A DNA stretch of 62,440 nucleotides, filler included, from Sphacelaria rigidula (taxonomy: Eukaryota): the NCBI GenBank assembly GCA_964200075.2. It is 5 parts of 5 records of this genome, joined end to end, with 100 filler letters (N's around TTAATTAATTAA, not from the genome) between each part and the next. Parts side by side here need not be neighbours in the genome. Positions count along the whole stretch, not along the records: positions 1 to 12,410 come from CAXNAA020003805.1; positions 12,511 to 24,919 come from CAXNAA020003806.1; 3 more parts are not named here. One strand, written 5' to 3'. Below, one piece after another: positions 1 through 12,869 of the stretch. How positions within the stretch are numbered: position 1 is the stretch's first letter; the number at the start of each line of letters is the position of its first letter. The notes under the pieces were generated by a model. It was not told where the DNA came from, did no database searches, and was given only the letters and a program-made list of their open reading frames with translations. The translations under genes were made by a program, and so were the position numbers.

Positions 1-319
1 CTCGTGCGGCGGCTCGGGCATGCACCGTGGCGGGCGCGGGGTGGGCTGGGAAGCGGTGGGAGGCGCACTCATTTGTTGCTCGCCTTAGTCGTTTGACCAT
101 TGACCACGCATCCCTTTCGAGTCCCTTTCGAGACGGGGCTGCAGCGGGGGCGGAGAGGAGTGTTCGCTACGAACGACGACAGCTTCATGCGCGTTCGGGT
201 GTGGCGCTGCGGTGGAGGATCGTGATGCGGCAGATCACGTTGAGGTGCGTCTGGCGATTGGGTGGTGACAGGAAGAAAGAGCCAGAGGTCCCCGGCTTTA
301 GCCCGTCGGGCGGGGGGGG

Positions 320-345
320 TGTACTCATGATCATGCATGCCATAG
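320..345 (-). mobile_element. Family-1 retroposon, 26-bp terminal fragment
   Basis: TGTACTCATGATCATGCATGCCATAG identical to 49900-49925; CGGGGGGGG on both sides (TSD-like). Confidence 0.75.
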
Positions 346-585
346 CGGGGGGGGGGCGGGGGAGTTAGGAGGGCGACAGATATGTACTTCGTACTTAACA
401 GGTGTGATGACGGATGCCAGACATACGACTTCGATCGTTCACCCGGCGTCTGTGCAGGACTATCATGTCGAGATGGATTGTTTTCGACGGCCCAGGCGCG
501 TACTTACAACGGTGATACCCAGGTGTTCTGTAGTCGTCGTCATCACATCACTGTATTGCCACGTCAAGTCAGATTAGCGAGAGGG

Positions 586-930
586 TGTACTCATGATATT
601 GCATACCGTAGTCACATGGCCGTTGATCTCGCATCCCTACGAAGCCGGGATGGAGCATGCCGGGTTTCCGCGGGACCTGGCTCGTAATCAATCACCAAGC
701 GCGAAGCGCCATAATGTGTTCGGCGAGTCGCATGAAGGGTGAGCTGCATCTGCTAAACGTCTTCGGCCCGAAGCGTACTGAATATCTTGCATGTGGATGA
801 CAGCCTCGAATGAAATGCTTCATTTTCCGGCATCGTCACTTGCAGAGACAGCCACGGCTTTTACACTGCCTCATGGGTGTCTCGCCATGTAAACACCACG
901 TAGTACGATCATCCCCTTTGCGTGGAATGG
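586..930 (-). mobile_element. Family-1 retroposon, diverged longer copy
   Basis: Colinear with 9947-10244 over ~300 bp; starts at the same TGTACTCATG end after GAGAGGG. Confidence 0.85.
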
Positions 931-1049
931 AGGGTTTCCCACGACGCACAAAATAATCTACTGCCATCATGGTTAGGCTACTTCTTGTATATAAAAAAAA
1001 CAGTGTAAAAAACGCGTTTTCCGATATCAGGCCAGAAACCTACTTCTTA

Positions 1050-1655
1050 CTTCCTCTGTCCCAGAAGGAAAGTCCGTTATGGGGGAGGGGCAGTACCTCG
1101 CCAACGGAGGTGCTCACGATGTTATGGTTAGGTTCGTTAATAATATAGACTATAGTTGTGGAGGTGGTCACTGGAAGAATGTAAAATACAATAATTGGCC
1201 TACAACCTTGAAATGGTTGGGTCAAACATGGCCAAATTTCGACCAAATTCCGTCCAATCTGTACATTTCCGGCCGAATTTCGACGAATTTGGCTTATTTT
1301 GAAGTAATTGAAGGCTTCAACATAAACGGGTGGTTTCGGACTAGGCGTAGCTATCGTATGCCAGCAATGAACCGGAGGGAAAATGCCAGTTATGTTTTTT
1401 TCGTGATTTTTGCTGTTTTTTGGGTTTCCAGGGTCCTTCTCTGTGTTCTGGTAAAGGGGCGGAATATGGCCATTTTTTGGACGAGTGATCGTTTGTCGGC
1501 CGTTCGGGCACGCTGACTGCTGCGCAAACAGACGAAGCAAAACGCGCTTCAACTGAAAAAACCCTCAAGACTAAAAAAGAAATATCGCCTACGGCGTTGG
1601 ACACGGTTAAGGGTCCGTGTGATCATAACGAACTTTACTTATGTGACAGAGGAAG
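1050..1655. mobile_element. Tc1/mariner-type (Stowaway-like) MITE
   Basis: 32-bp TIRs beginning CTTCCTCTGTC (4 mismatches); TA on both sides; same family as 47472-47957. Confidence 0.85.
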
Positions 1656-1994
1656 TACGTGATCAGAAAACGCGTTCTACGATGGTAAAGTTTGTGATAA
1701 CATTTTCTGACAGCCCAAAGTTATCACAAAATCGCGATTCCCTGATAACCTTGGGCTATCGAAAATGTTTACTGAAAAAGCGTTTGAAAACACCTTACAG
1801 CCCACGACGGCACCTGTGATAGCTTGGCTGCCATCACTACTGCTGTCGCTGGTGCTCACGGGCATTCAGCGTGTTGCATCATTGTCCTTTGCTCGCCAGT
1901 AGCGTGGTGGCCCATTTACCCATGAGAACAGCAGAGGGCAGGGTCGATGACGAGTGCTGTACAGACAGAATAGTCCATACGTAGTCCGTACAAT

Positions 1995-2400
1995 ATTGTA
2001 GCTCAGTTCAGGTCTGTGCGCGCAGCGTGTTGCGAACAGCCGTCGCAATGCCTGATAGACTGCCCACGCACGCAAGCCTTGTAGAGAAGGACCGGACTGA
2101 CAGTACGCACAAGACTGTAAGATAAGCAGTGCTACTACTGTAGTGCATCCAATGCATACAACACAGTACTGTCTGTACTGTTGTCCGTGCTGCCCGTACA
2201 ATTGGGTACTACGGTGCAGCGAACTTACAGCTCAATTCAGGTCTGTGCATGCAGCGTGTTGCGAATAGACGTCGCTTTGCAGTACAGAGCGCCTACGCGC
2301 CCAAGTCTTGTAGATACAGAACCGTATTGACAGTACACACAAGACTATGCATATTGCTACTATTGTAGACCAGTACTACAGCCACTGCATACAATACAGT
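1995..2400. repeat. Diverged ~230-bp tandem duplication
   Basis: AGCTCA.TTCAGGTCTGTGC..GCAGCGTGTTGCGAA at ~2000 and ~2229. Confidence 0.8.
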
Positions 2401-5400
2401 GTGATGGTAAATGACCGAGTGCGTGAATTAAACTAGTTATTTCGGAATTGCCGATGGTCCCCAGAAACGACCGACGGGTATGGAAAGATTCTAGTCGAAC
2501 ATGTGTTGGGTAAGGCAGGATTTTGATTGTTTTTTATTGTTGACGCAGCTGGTTGAAGGTAGATAGATTGTACCCGATTAGCCGCGTGTACCTGCTGCTA
2601 CTACAGCTTTTTTCGGCTAAAGGCACAGCACGTCACGGTGATTTTGTATCATGACGAGGTTGTAAGCGGGGCAGACGAACGTACCGATAGAACAGCTGCC
2701 CTCAGCTGTTCTACCCACCTGTCTTCACTCGACACACCGACCGGCCTCCAAGCACCTATTGGATAAAGAAGAGCTTCTTTACCATCACCTACCACCTTCG
2801 GTCTCTCTGCCCCCACGGTGGCGAGCCACAGCAATTGACGTGAGTCTCTTGTTGTGCTGTACTTCTACCCTCATCCACGATTTATATTGTATTCTGGCTC
2901 CGGGGCTGTGTGGTTTTCCCCTTTGACAACTGGGCTAATGTATTGAGAGATTGAAACAGCAGTTTGGATGTAGCAAGTCAATCCAGGACCGCTTGTTGAC
3001 ACCTCACAAGGGTGTGGCTTGCTTGCGGTCGGCGTATACGGTTTTACTACTTGCGGTATTGCGCATACCGCCACATTGTGGGGCTTCAGAGGTAGCTTGT
3101 GACCTCAAGCTGTACTGTTTTCTCTCTCAGTCGGCTGCTGCTCTGCACGCATCAGCCAACCACAAGCTTACGTCTATTTGTTTTTTTCAAGCCCTGGTAA
3201 TTTCAGTCCTTCATTTCACTTGACATTTGTACACACCAATTATCGGGTGATCAGCTGTTTTTTTTTCACGACAGCTGCCCACGTGCTACTTCCAGTTGTA
3301 TCTGGTTTGACCACAGGCCCCAGATGTCGCGCAATGTGCCCAGTTCGGTCTCAGACATTGACGAGCGCACGCTCAGGCGCTTGAGGCGCGCCCGCGTTCG
3401 CGAGCGATTCTTCGCTACACGAAAAACCCATTCCATACCCACAGACCAAATTGACGGGGTAAGTCAATACCCCGGGATGGATGGACTCTCTTTCGTACCG
3501 TTGTACACGGTTCGGAAAAATAGCAGCGTCACCACCCACATACAATCTGTACACCCGCCCCATATTTCCTCCGCACACGGGCCCTGATTGTCCATGCCGC
3601 TCGAGTTCTTTTGTTTCCACCCGCTCGTTCTGGGCACAACGCTTTCTTCTCCCCTCCGCATTCATTTTCGGCTCGGGAAACACCGATTCGACCGATGTGT
3701 GCCCCACTACCGGTCTCTATTGGCAGACAGAGTGGGCGCGGGCTGTTTCAAATTCTCCCCGCTGTACAGGCAAGCTTTCCTTTTTTCTCAAACACGGAAC
3801 GCTTAGCCACTTTGCGCACCGAAGTATATCGATGCGACATGATGGACCAGTACTGAGGATGGTGTCTGTACACGCAAGGTACACGAACATGATTGAACAC
3901 GGCGAGGCGCGAGGCTCATGTTACTTGTACACAAGCTCTCGACTCTGCACTCTTTTCACTTGAACACGGCACCAGGGTACACTGCAGTTTGATTGCCGCC
4001 CCACCAACACGCACTACGGTACACACTTCATCGTCCAGAAGGCCGCGTACCTTCCGCGTTGAAATAGTGTTCCGAATTGAAGTACTGACCACAGTATAGT
4101 ACCGTCTGAGTTCCAAATGGTCTCGGCGGGCAATATGTTGCGAAAGGCGAGGTACCGTGGTGTACATACGTTGGTACTGCTGCACTATCTGAACGAAATC
4201 ATATATATTACATTGTAGGTATGAACACGGTGCGGATATAGCGGGTGTCGGGTGTTCTTCGTGTAATACGAACGAATTGACGTCGATACAGCACCATTGA
4301 CCCGACCCTACGATACCGCACGCGAAGATCATATGTACTGCAGTGTGCCACCGTGCATTTTGCTGTCTGGTGCTTCATACGTCGCTGTCTGTACTACCGT
4401 ACACATTTGTATTACGTTAGTGCTTGTACATTTATTACTCTACCTGCACGATGATACGGGATCGAGACCCCAACTCGGCTATTTTCAGTGAACTAGGCGG
4501 TGCTGTTACATGAGTATCGCCAGCTGCGCTGATATTGCCTCTGGAAATACGAAACGGCATCCGACAGTTGTGTTTTTTAAATCTTAACCTCAACAAGTTC
4601 TTACAACATAACTGAGCGGTTTGACGTTGCGGTTCGCTGCGTCCCACACGTATATCCCTTCATGGCATGCAGGTTTGTCCAATGCGCTGTTGCGCTGATG
4701 ACAGTCACCGTATGTCTGTTGATTTTGACAACCTTCGTTTTCTTCCTTGTCTCCTTGCTGTTACTTGTCCACCAACACACACATACGGTTTGTTGTGTGC
4801 CTTCGACAGTTTTTTTCCTTTCGTCTGCACCTGATTAAAAAGGTGATGGACCGCTACATGTGCGGAGTGCGCGGACCTACATGTCGATCGAAAACTGTCG
4901 ACAGTACCCTGCCACTCTATTTCCTTTTATTTTTGTTCGTTCCGCCTCAGTCCTCAACAACTATGCTGTTCCCCACGACGAAACGGTCACTATCCCACCT
5001 CCGCATCTCTACGTTACCGATCTGGCGCAAATTGCGCAGGTGTACAAGAAATGTCTGATATCAACCGCCCTTCGACTTCATCGGAGCACAATGTCACGAA
5101 GAACGGTGCGATCCCTACAGGCAATGGTGAACAACCGTACGAGTCAACCCAAACCATGCATAGTGAGACGGTTGACAACAACAAACCGGACTGTTTCGAC
5201 GACGATGATAGCGTTCTTGCAGGACGTATTTTCAGAGATATGGCTGAAGATTTCGATGAGGACCGTAGTTCTCCCCATGCTCATCCCCGCTCCCTTAGTG
5301 AACATACCACTACACACCAAGCAGCCACTCAAAACGCTGACAGTATTCCCACTCTTCCTTCTCAGATGGAATCTCTCCACGTGAGCCCTGATGCTACGAA

Positions 5401-7569
5401 AACCTTCCCTGACGATAACCTCCGCACCCAAACCGGTGCTGCATCCTCTGATCGCCCCACTCTGACTTTTGATACGTCGCCCACATCGGAACAATAGCTG
5501 CCCACGAATGACGAAACACACGACCGGCTTCGGCAAAAGCGTCCGGCCTTCACTCCTCCGCGCCAATGGTACGACTTCTCAGTGGCTGAACAAACAGCGT
5601 GCTGGGATCAGATCCGCAGTAACGATCTGGCACACCACATGGAACTCGAGCACAGAGAGTTGGAATTTGCCCGCCTACAGGTATCTACAAGGGTTCAGGA
5701 GCCCGCCCAGGCCTCCCATAATGTAGATGTCCACCCCGAAAAAAAGCCAACAGAACAGAATAAACTAGAACGCGCGATACACAAATCCACAAAGGCTCTA
5801 GAAATTGCGGAGCAAGAATATATGCTGTTGACAAGGAGACACTTGGAAGCTTTGCGTCATTTTGGACTATGTTGGCAAGTCTGGCAATCACAACTGCGTT
5901 CGTGCGGTCGCCTGCTCCACCCCCAAGGCGACAACTGATTCACCGCCTGACCCACCTGACCTGGCACACTTTCAACCACATGCACCGACCCATTGACAAA
6001 ACGGTGGACGTTTACACATGAGTGGACCTAGTGCCGCGGCTGAACCCCGCCAGGGCGGTACCCACACAGCACTGATACTCACCTCACAACTTGACAACCC
6101 TTTGGGAACGTTCTACAAGTTGCGGAGATTCCAAATAGCATACAGTGGGGTAACCCAGGACGCGTTGCTTAGTCTAAAACCTAAGCCCCGCCACCTGCCT
6201 GTTTATTTTCTACTTTTGTAATTCATTTCTCATTGGTTGGTACAATCCCACAATTAGAAATGAACAATGACCGGTAATTCACTGCAGAAGTATCCAACAT
6301 TTTTATGTCAACCATTTTGCCCGGCCACATCACACACATCACACGCACGAATCAGCGGTGGCCACCGCGGGTTCAACCATGTGGTGTGGGTTCCCTGGAT
6401 ATGCTAACACTGCCTTGAAGGATTCCAAGACAGTCGAAGCCCGTGCACCGTTGCATGGCTATCAATTGAGCAGTGATCAAACCCAACGTTTTAACCCTGG
6501 ATTTGATCACCCAGTTTTACATTCATCAGGTACTAATCATATTCAGTCGAATCCCCTCCCTTCAAAGGAGAAGAAGTCATGTAGTGCAGTTTCTCCCGCA
6601 TCAGGGGCCAAAATATCTTCTGGTACGATAGACACTGCTGCTCCGACCGTTCATCGGGGAACACAAAACTCAAAGCCACACACTCCAGCACCTCCCAACT
6701 GCTCAAGTGCCCGGCTAACCACCCTACCGAGTTTCGCAAAAACTACGATACCCGGTTCCCTTTTATTTGATGAGCGTAATTATTCCTTGAAGGATCGCAA
6801 CCGCAAAGAACCCATGCTTTCCGTCGCTCAGCGGGTTGGAATAGAACACCAAGTGACAGAGACTCAGGTGGTGCGCTAAGAGCGTGACCTAGGTTCGACT
6901 GTCCAAGAACTCATTTCAATAGCTCCTGGGGACGCCGACCCTTTCGTGCGCTACACGCGTCACCCTTGGCGGGCTTCTCCAGATGGTCATGTACATAGCC
7001 CTGATGTAGCAAGCGCACGTGAACTCCAAGGAGGAGATTGCGTGTGGGCTCAGACAGATGAAAACCTTAGAGTGGAACAGACCGGTACTCCCCAGATTTT
7101 GAACAGATCATTACTGCTCCCTGACCACCCCGCGTCCACTACGTTAGAACCCATTTCCGATGAAGCGTTGCCGTCTGTAGGGACAGACACTTTGCCGACT
7201 CATGGACATTCGCATCCTAGTCATGAAGGCACCTCAATCGTGTGTTCGTCACCAGGCAAACAAACTGTTACGCAAGACGACTTGTCTCCTAACTCGCCCA
7301 CGTTGGCCCCTTTAATAGACGCCGGGTTGAACAGTACAGCTTCACCAACCCCGCGTCCTGACGAATCGTCTCCGAAACCTCCCATGTCGGCCCTAACTAG
7401 TGATGGTATTGAGTTGATTGACGTAGCAAATTCAACACCGCGCCCCGATGAATCGTCCCCTGTTCCGACGAAGCTGGATAATGTAATTGATCCCACTTTG
7501 CACAATGACGATTCGCCCCCTCTGTTGGCCAATAAGGGTGAAACACCATCCTCCGTGGCCTAACGGTAC

Positions 7570-8724
7570 GTGCGAACGCATGGTCAAGGAAGTAGCTCGT
7601 GCTCTTCGCTCTATTCTTTTCAAGAAGCGTAGAGCGGTTTCCGAGTGAGTGGACGAGTTGCCGGCGGTAGGGCGCTTAATACAGCGTATCGTCGTCGTTA
7701 CGATAGTACGCCGTATCACGTGATTTTGGTCGTGCCCCTCGGACGTCTTTCTCGGTGCTGGCATCTTCGTCGGCGGGGGAATGGATGTGTGATGATCTGG
7801 ACGATGTCTAAATTAAAAGTGCATTGCAAGGAGTCTTGGACTTACAAGAACGTTTCCACGTTCAAGTGCAGGAACGTGTTGACGCTGAACGTGCGCGAAG
7901 ACGTGGGGGGTCCTCGTCGGGGCTGGGATTACCGAGTTTTGAGGTAGGCGACAATGTCTTGTACGCACGCGTGCGTCGTCCGGGTGTTACGCCCAAGTTG
8001 ATGGCGAAGTGTACTGGCCCATGGAGAGTGGTCGGTGCTCACCACGTGTTTGAGATTCAAAACATTGTTTCAGGTCGTGTTGAGACTGCCCATGTAGCTC
8101 GTTTGCGTTTTTATGCAGACTCGAAGCTTAATGTTACGGCTGACGTCAAGGACGTGTTCCAGCATGCTTTCAATCAGAGGCAATTTCAGATGGCTGGTAT
8201 TGTCCGAGTGGCAGAAGCAGATGATCGTTCGTTGATCGTGTTAGTCGACTGAGCTGGTTTCGAATTTGAGGAGCGTGCGTGGGAACATTTCAAGGACTTT
8301 TTTGAGGCCGAACCGGAATTTCTTACGAAGGAGTTGCGCCAATTGCGCGTGACTCGTGCCGTTGCTGCTCGCAGTACGAGTGAGTTTGGTATTCAATTGG
8401 GACTTGCTCATCGTTTTGGCGTTTTCCATGTGTCAAGCTCGTTGATCGAGTTTCGTCCAACGCGCTTTGGGGGTGCTGTGACGAAAATACGCCGTGACGT
8501 TGAGTTGGTAGTGATAATGTAGATAATGACCATTGGTAGTGATGATCTGGATAATGACCGGGGACACTAGGTTGAGACCCTGGCGTGTCTAGGTGGGTGC
8601 CTTGGAAGGTCACTCCTGAATAACGAGAATGTTGTAAAGGCTGACAACTGAAACTGAGGCCAGTGAGACTGGGGAGTCCCTCAACAGCGGTGATCCAGCT
8701 GTTCTTCCACTGGCTGGCGTCACA
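7570..8724 (+). mobile_element. Ty3/Gypsy 3' remnant (integrase C-terminus, GPY/F, chromodomain-like, PPT, 3' LTR)
   Basis: ALNTAYRRRYDSTPY; FEVGDNVL...KCTGPWRVV; VLVD*AGFEFEERAWE; GGGGG before the LTR; stops and frameshifts. Confidence 0.8.
8477..8724 (+). repeat. LTR (248 bp)
   Basis: TGTGACG...CGTCACA terminal inverted repeat, 3 nt after a G-run PPT. Confidence 0.75.
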
Positions 8725-8951
8725 GGCAGCATGACCTCTCACACACATCTTAAAAAGAGAAATTCCATCACTAAGTTGGCCATCGCGACGTACTCTGCAT
8801 CAGCATAAACTTGAAAGCTGAGGCCTTGTAAACTGCCTCCCCGAAAAGCAACATACCATGGTACTCATATGAAAATGATCCAATGCATGAATCTACGATC
8901 AAGCTGAAGTCGTGAACATTTTGAGTATAATATCCTCCAGAATCCATCTCC

Positions 8952-9208
8952 GAGCAATGCTACGGTAGGGGTGTACTTTTTGCGCGAAATCTTGTCCACT
9001 TCAGGGGCTCCTAACGATTCTAGATGTACAAGGATGTGGGTCAGGGCATCCCCGTTTGCGAATTTATATGGGGTATCCCCAGCACATTGGAATAGAAATC
9101 CTGGCATACTCTCACATGTCTTTTTAAGTCGTGTTCTGCATGGGATAAAGGGCTCCTAACAATTCTAACCTCAGAAAATATTTGTGCACCCCTATCGTAG
9201 CGTCACTC
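8952..9208. mobile_element. 257-bp GAG...CTC MITE, copy 1
   Basis: TIR GAGCAATGCTACGGTAGGGGTGTAC / GTGCACCCCTATCGTAGCGTCACTC; colinear with 26571-26827. Confidence 0.85.
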
Positions 9209-9946
9209 TCCCGACTTCTGCAGTCTTCCATGATCATGCGCCCCCCTGCTCCATCGAGTCGGCATCTCATACTTGCTCCACTCCACCGGCATCACTCCCT
9301 TGCTCCAACCCATCGGCACCGCCCCCCTGCTCCGTTCCACCGGGACCGCCCTCCTGTTCCGTTCCACCGGCGCCGACGACACCACGCATTAAAATGTGTT
9401 GCCGATTGTGTCGGTGGTGGCGGCAGTGGTGTTGGCATCAGTCGTGCCGGTCTCGGAGTTGTTATCGTAAATTATGGTTGTTGTGGCGCGGCGGTGAATG
9501 GAAATGATGACGGCGTCGCAGCGGTAATGGGGAAATAAATTCAAAGCGGCACTGCGGCGGGTGAAAATGATTGTAGCGGCGGCGCAGTTGTGGTAGGAAT
9601 ATGTTCGTGTTGGTTCGGCGATGGGGCAGTATGGTATGATGTTGACGCGACGATGCGTCGTGGCGGCGGCGAGATAGTATAATGTGAACATGACGGTGGC
9701 GGCGTTGGTTCGGGTTTTACCGCGTTAATCAGCGGCTGCGGGGATACCGGCGGGTCGGCGAAGGTACTAGCTCCATAACCTTCCCCTTCGGGCGAGCGGC
9801 TTCGGCGGTGGTTGCAGAAGTTGTGTACGCGGAACAAATAGCACAAAAGGTACAGCACTTGCCGGGGAACCAAACTGGTTACCAACACCTGAGGCTTCAG
9901 ACATGACGTTTGTAGCGGAAGCGGACTGTACAAAGAAATCGAGGGG

Positions 9947-10244
9947 TGTACTCATGGTCATGCATGCCATCTGACCATTGACCTCACATCCCTACAAAGC
10001 CGGGATGGAGCACGCCGGAGTTTCGGCGGACCAGGCTCGCGCTCAAACCACCAAGCGCGAAGCGCCGTGGTGCGTTCCGCGAGTCGCATGAAGGGTGAGC
10101 TGCACCCTGCTAAGATTGTTCGGCCCGAAGCCTACTGACTATCTTGCAGTTGGATGACAGCCTCCAATGAGTTACTTTATTATCTGGTATCGCCCCTTCC
10201 AGAAACAGCTACGGCTTATACACTGCCTCATGGATGTCTGACCA
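9947..10244 (-). mobile_element. Family-1 retroposon inserted in a Copia remnant
   Basis: Homologous to 586-887; flanks CGAGGGG / CGGGGGG (TSD-like). Confidence 0.85.
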
Positions 10245-12410
10245 ACGGGGGGAGACACAACGGCTTCGGCGGAATGATAGCGTAAGCCAATACTCGGGGG
10301 ACAAAACAAAATATCTCTCTTACTCGGGGGCTCACTACAAAAATCAACGTTTTAAGTGCGTGAAAGAGACGCTACAATAACATTGGGCACTTGATGCGTC
10401 GGTGAAAACTCTACAGTAGAATACCGGGAATCAGACTCATCGAAAACGGGCCTGGCAGCTGTCGCTGAAGACTCTACCGTAGCACGCGAGGAATCAGTTT
10501 GAGTGGAAACGGAGGACGACTCTACAGTAGTAGGGAGATCTGACTCTACGGTAGAAACAGAATTAATCTCACTCGTTGGGAAATGCGACTCTACAGTAGT
10601 ACGTATATCTGGCTTTACACTGGAGGGCGAAACTACACTAGTTGGGGGACGAGACTCTGTGTTGAAATGGGAAAGACGCGTCGCTATTTGTGATGAAGAT
10701 CGCGATGTGCGGTCAAAACGTAATTTGCCATTGAATCAATGTACCCAAGTCGAACTTCCGCATGTGATTAAGAGAAAAAATATTGAACTTGACATCTTCT
10801 ACGACGTAGACATCGATCAATTGTACAGGAAGGTCTGTGGAGGGAACAGAAACATCCAAAGATCCCGTGTGGAATCTCAAATTCAAACTACCTACTGGGT
10901 TCACTGGGAGTCTCGTCCCAAACGCCCCCCCCCCCCCCCCCCCCCCCCCCCATCACCAATCGTGATGTTCTCGATGCCCTGAGGAGGGGGTCGTCGATCA
11001 AAAACAGGATATATACTCCCTGTGACATGGTATGTAGTGCCGGTATCTGCAATCCATTCCTCTTCACTATTACCCCTACTAGATGCAGTGCTACTAGGTA
11101 GCACATCATACCTACGTAAATCAAAATCACCAAGCCGAAAACGAGACTAGCCTTCGGACATGGAACTCGCCATGAACAGCTGTGGATATTCCGACTGTCG
11201 TGGCGCATCGGCAGGAGGCGCCGGAGTCGAAGGGGGGGCTGCAGTTTGTTGGTGTTGTTGTTGTGGGGTGTACTGTTGGTGTGTCGGCTGCTGATGCTGC
11301 GGATATTGGTCGTGAGGTGGGGCTGCGGATTGGTGCTGTTGGTGACGGGGGTTGTATTCCGGATTAGGATAGGAGTAAGAGTGATGCTGGTGGCCCGGTG
11401 GTTGGTACTGTTGGGAAGGTTGCTGTGGGTAGTGGTCTGTTGGTGGAGGAGGTTGATAGGTGCTTTGTGGGGAATGGTGCTGGTAGGAAGGTGCGTGATA
11501 TGCAGTAGGCTGGTGGTGCTGCTGATATTGAGGCTGCGGTCGGTGAGACGACGAGGTGTGAGAGCGGGGAGATGTGGACACATGACTCTGCACACAGTGG
11601 GCAAATCCAGCACCGTCGGAACCGTACCTATCTTGTGGGGCGAAGTCGTTGTCAGGGGTCGGGTTCTTATTCAATTGCAAAAACTTTGCACGTGGTGGGT
11701 GGGAGTTCATATGATGGTTGTTGGAGTAATGAGAGTTGTTGAGGTGATGAGAGTTGTTGGTGTGTTAGTCACGTGGGGGTGGTTTCCCCCGTGATACAAG
11801 GCACGCTGTTCCGGGTTGAGATATCGATTTCCTTGTCGGCGATCGACATGTCTCCGTCCATGGCTTCGTGTATGGGGATTAATACCTCGATCATAGCATA
11901 TATTGCAGTTGCGAACATTACATGATGAGGATTGAGGGTTTGGGTTGGGGTTGTGGTGAGGTTGGCGTGGTGATGACGAATTTTGAGGGGAATTGTATCT
12001 CGGTGAAGTTTCATGGTTAGACAAATCATCGCTGCGGTGTCAGGGCGAGAGGGTCATGGGGTGCTGGTCTGAGGTATGATGCCCACTGCGGTCCGCACCG
12101 CATTCCCGGCAGTGGTTGTGTCTCCTGCCCCCCGACTCCCACGTTGCCTAGCCGATACGTCACTGTGAGAGGCATCATAAACTATGGCGGAAAGAGCATG
12201 GTTACGTGGCAAGTCAACCCTACTCCTAGATAGTTCTAACTCTGCGTGGGCAGTCTTCACCGTGCGGTGCGGGGTCTGTAGACTCTACCCACAATTGTTA
12301 CCTACGGAGTGACAGGTAGATGGAGTTGCGGGTCTGATTGCCGGACTCTGTGATGGGCGACCTCCATGACGTAAGGCTTGGTTTTGCTACTCTGGTGGAG
12401 AGAGGCTATG

Positions 12411-12510
12411 NNNNNNNNNNNNNNNNNNNNNNNNNNNNNNNNNNNNNNNNNNNNTTAATTAATTAANNNNNNNNNNNNNNNNNNNNNNNNNNNNNNNNNN
12501 NNNNNNNNNN
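12411..12510. other. Artificial contig linker (N44-TTAATTAATTAA-N44)
   Basis: 100-bp spacer containing an all-frame stop sequence; the same linker recurs about every 12.5 kb. Confidence 0.97.
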
Positions 12511-12679
12511 GACCGGTTGGTCGGGGGTTTTGCATTTTTTTTACACTTTTCCAACTTTTTCCACGGGAGGGGTCCCCCCCCCCCCCCCCCCGAAACAAAC
12601 ACACACACGCCTGGATGCAACTCCCCCAATTTGACGTAACAGCTCGGCGTAAATTCATCCTCCCGCTGTCAAAACGCAG

Positions 12680-12869
12680 GTGCTACTTAACGCTGACCCA
12701 GGCGTTGCACCTCCGCATGGGTGGTAATCCTTTCGGACCAGCAGGCACAGGGAAAACTGAATCAGTCAAGGCCCTGGGTGCGCAGCTGGGGCGGTTTGTG
12801 CTGGTGTTCAACTGCGACGAATCTTTCGACTACTCGGCCATGGGGAGATTGTTTGCTGGTTTGTGCCAG
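12680..12869 (+). CDS. DYNC1H1: Dynein heavy chain exon (AAA1 Walker A)
   Basis: cgcag acceptor; CYLTLTQAL...[15 protein letters not shown]...GLCQ; GC donor (CAG|gcaagc). Confidence 0.93.

Larger units (their letters stand above)
8760..12410 (-). mobile_element. Ty1/Copia remnant with internal deletions and nested insertions
   Basis: Pro/Gln/His-rich gag-like ORFs (11147-12029); protease EEEWIADTGTTYHVTG (~11020-11070); Ser-rich linker repeats GACTCTAC(A/G)GTAG; RT/RNase H junction FRGGSLQGLSFQVYADAEY (~8780-8845). Confidence 0.7.

Noticed and set aside
4747..7563. ORFs 5051-5497, 5582-5938, 6358-6879 and 6946-7563 as host genes
   Set aside because: Low-complexity, stop-interrupted and without recognisable motifs; probably decayed retroelement sequence.
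9941..10244. Family 1 as a solo LTR preceded by a polypurine tract
   Set aside because: Copies are variably truncated at one end and G-rich sequence recurs on both flanks, which fits a TSD better; not fully excluded.
12455..12466. TTAATTAATTAA recurring every ~12.5 kb as a biological periodic signal
   Set aside because: Always embedded in N runs of fixed length; it is an assembly linker.
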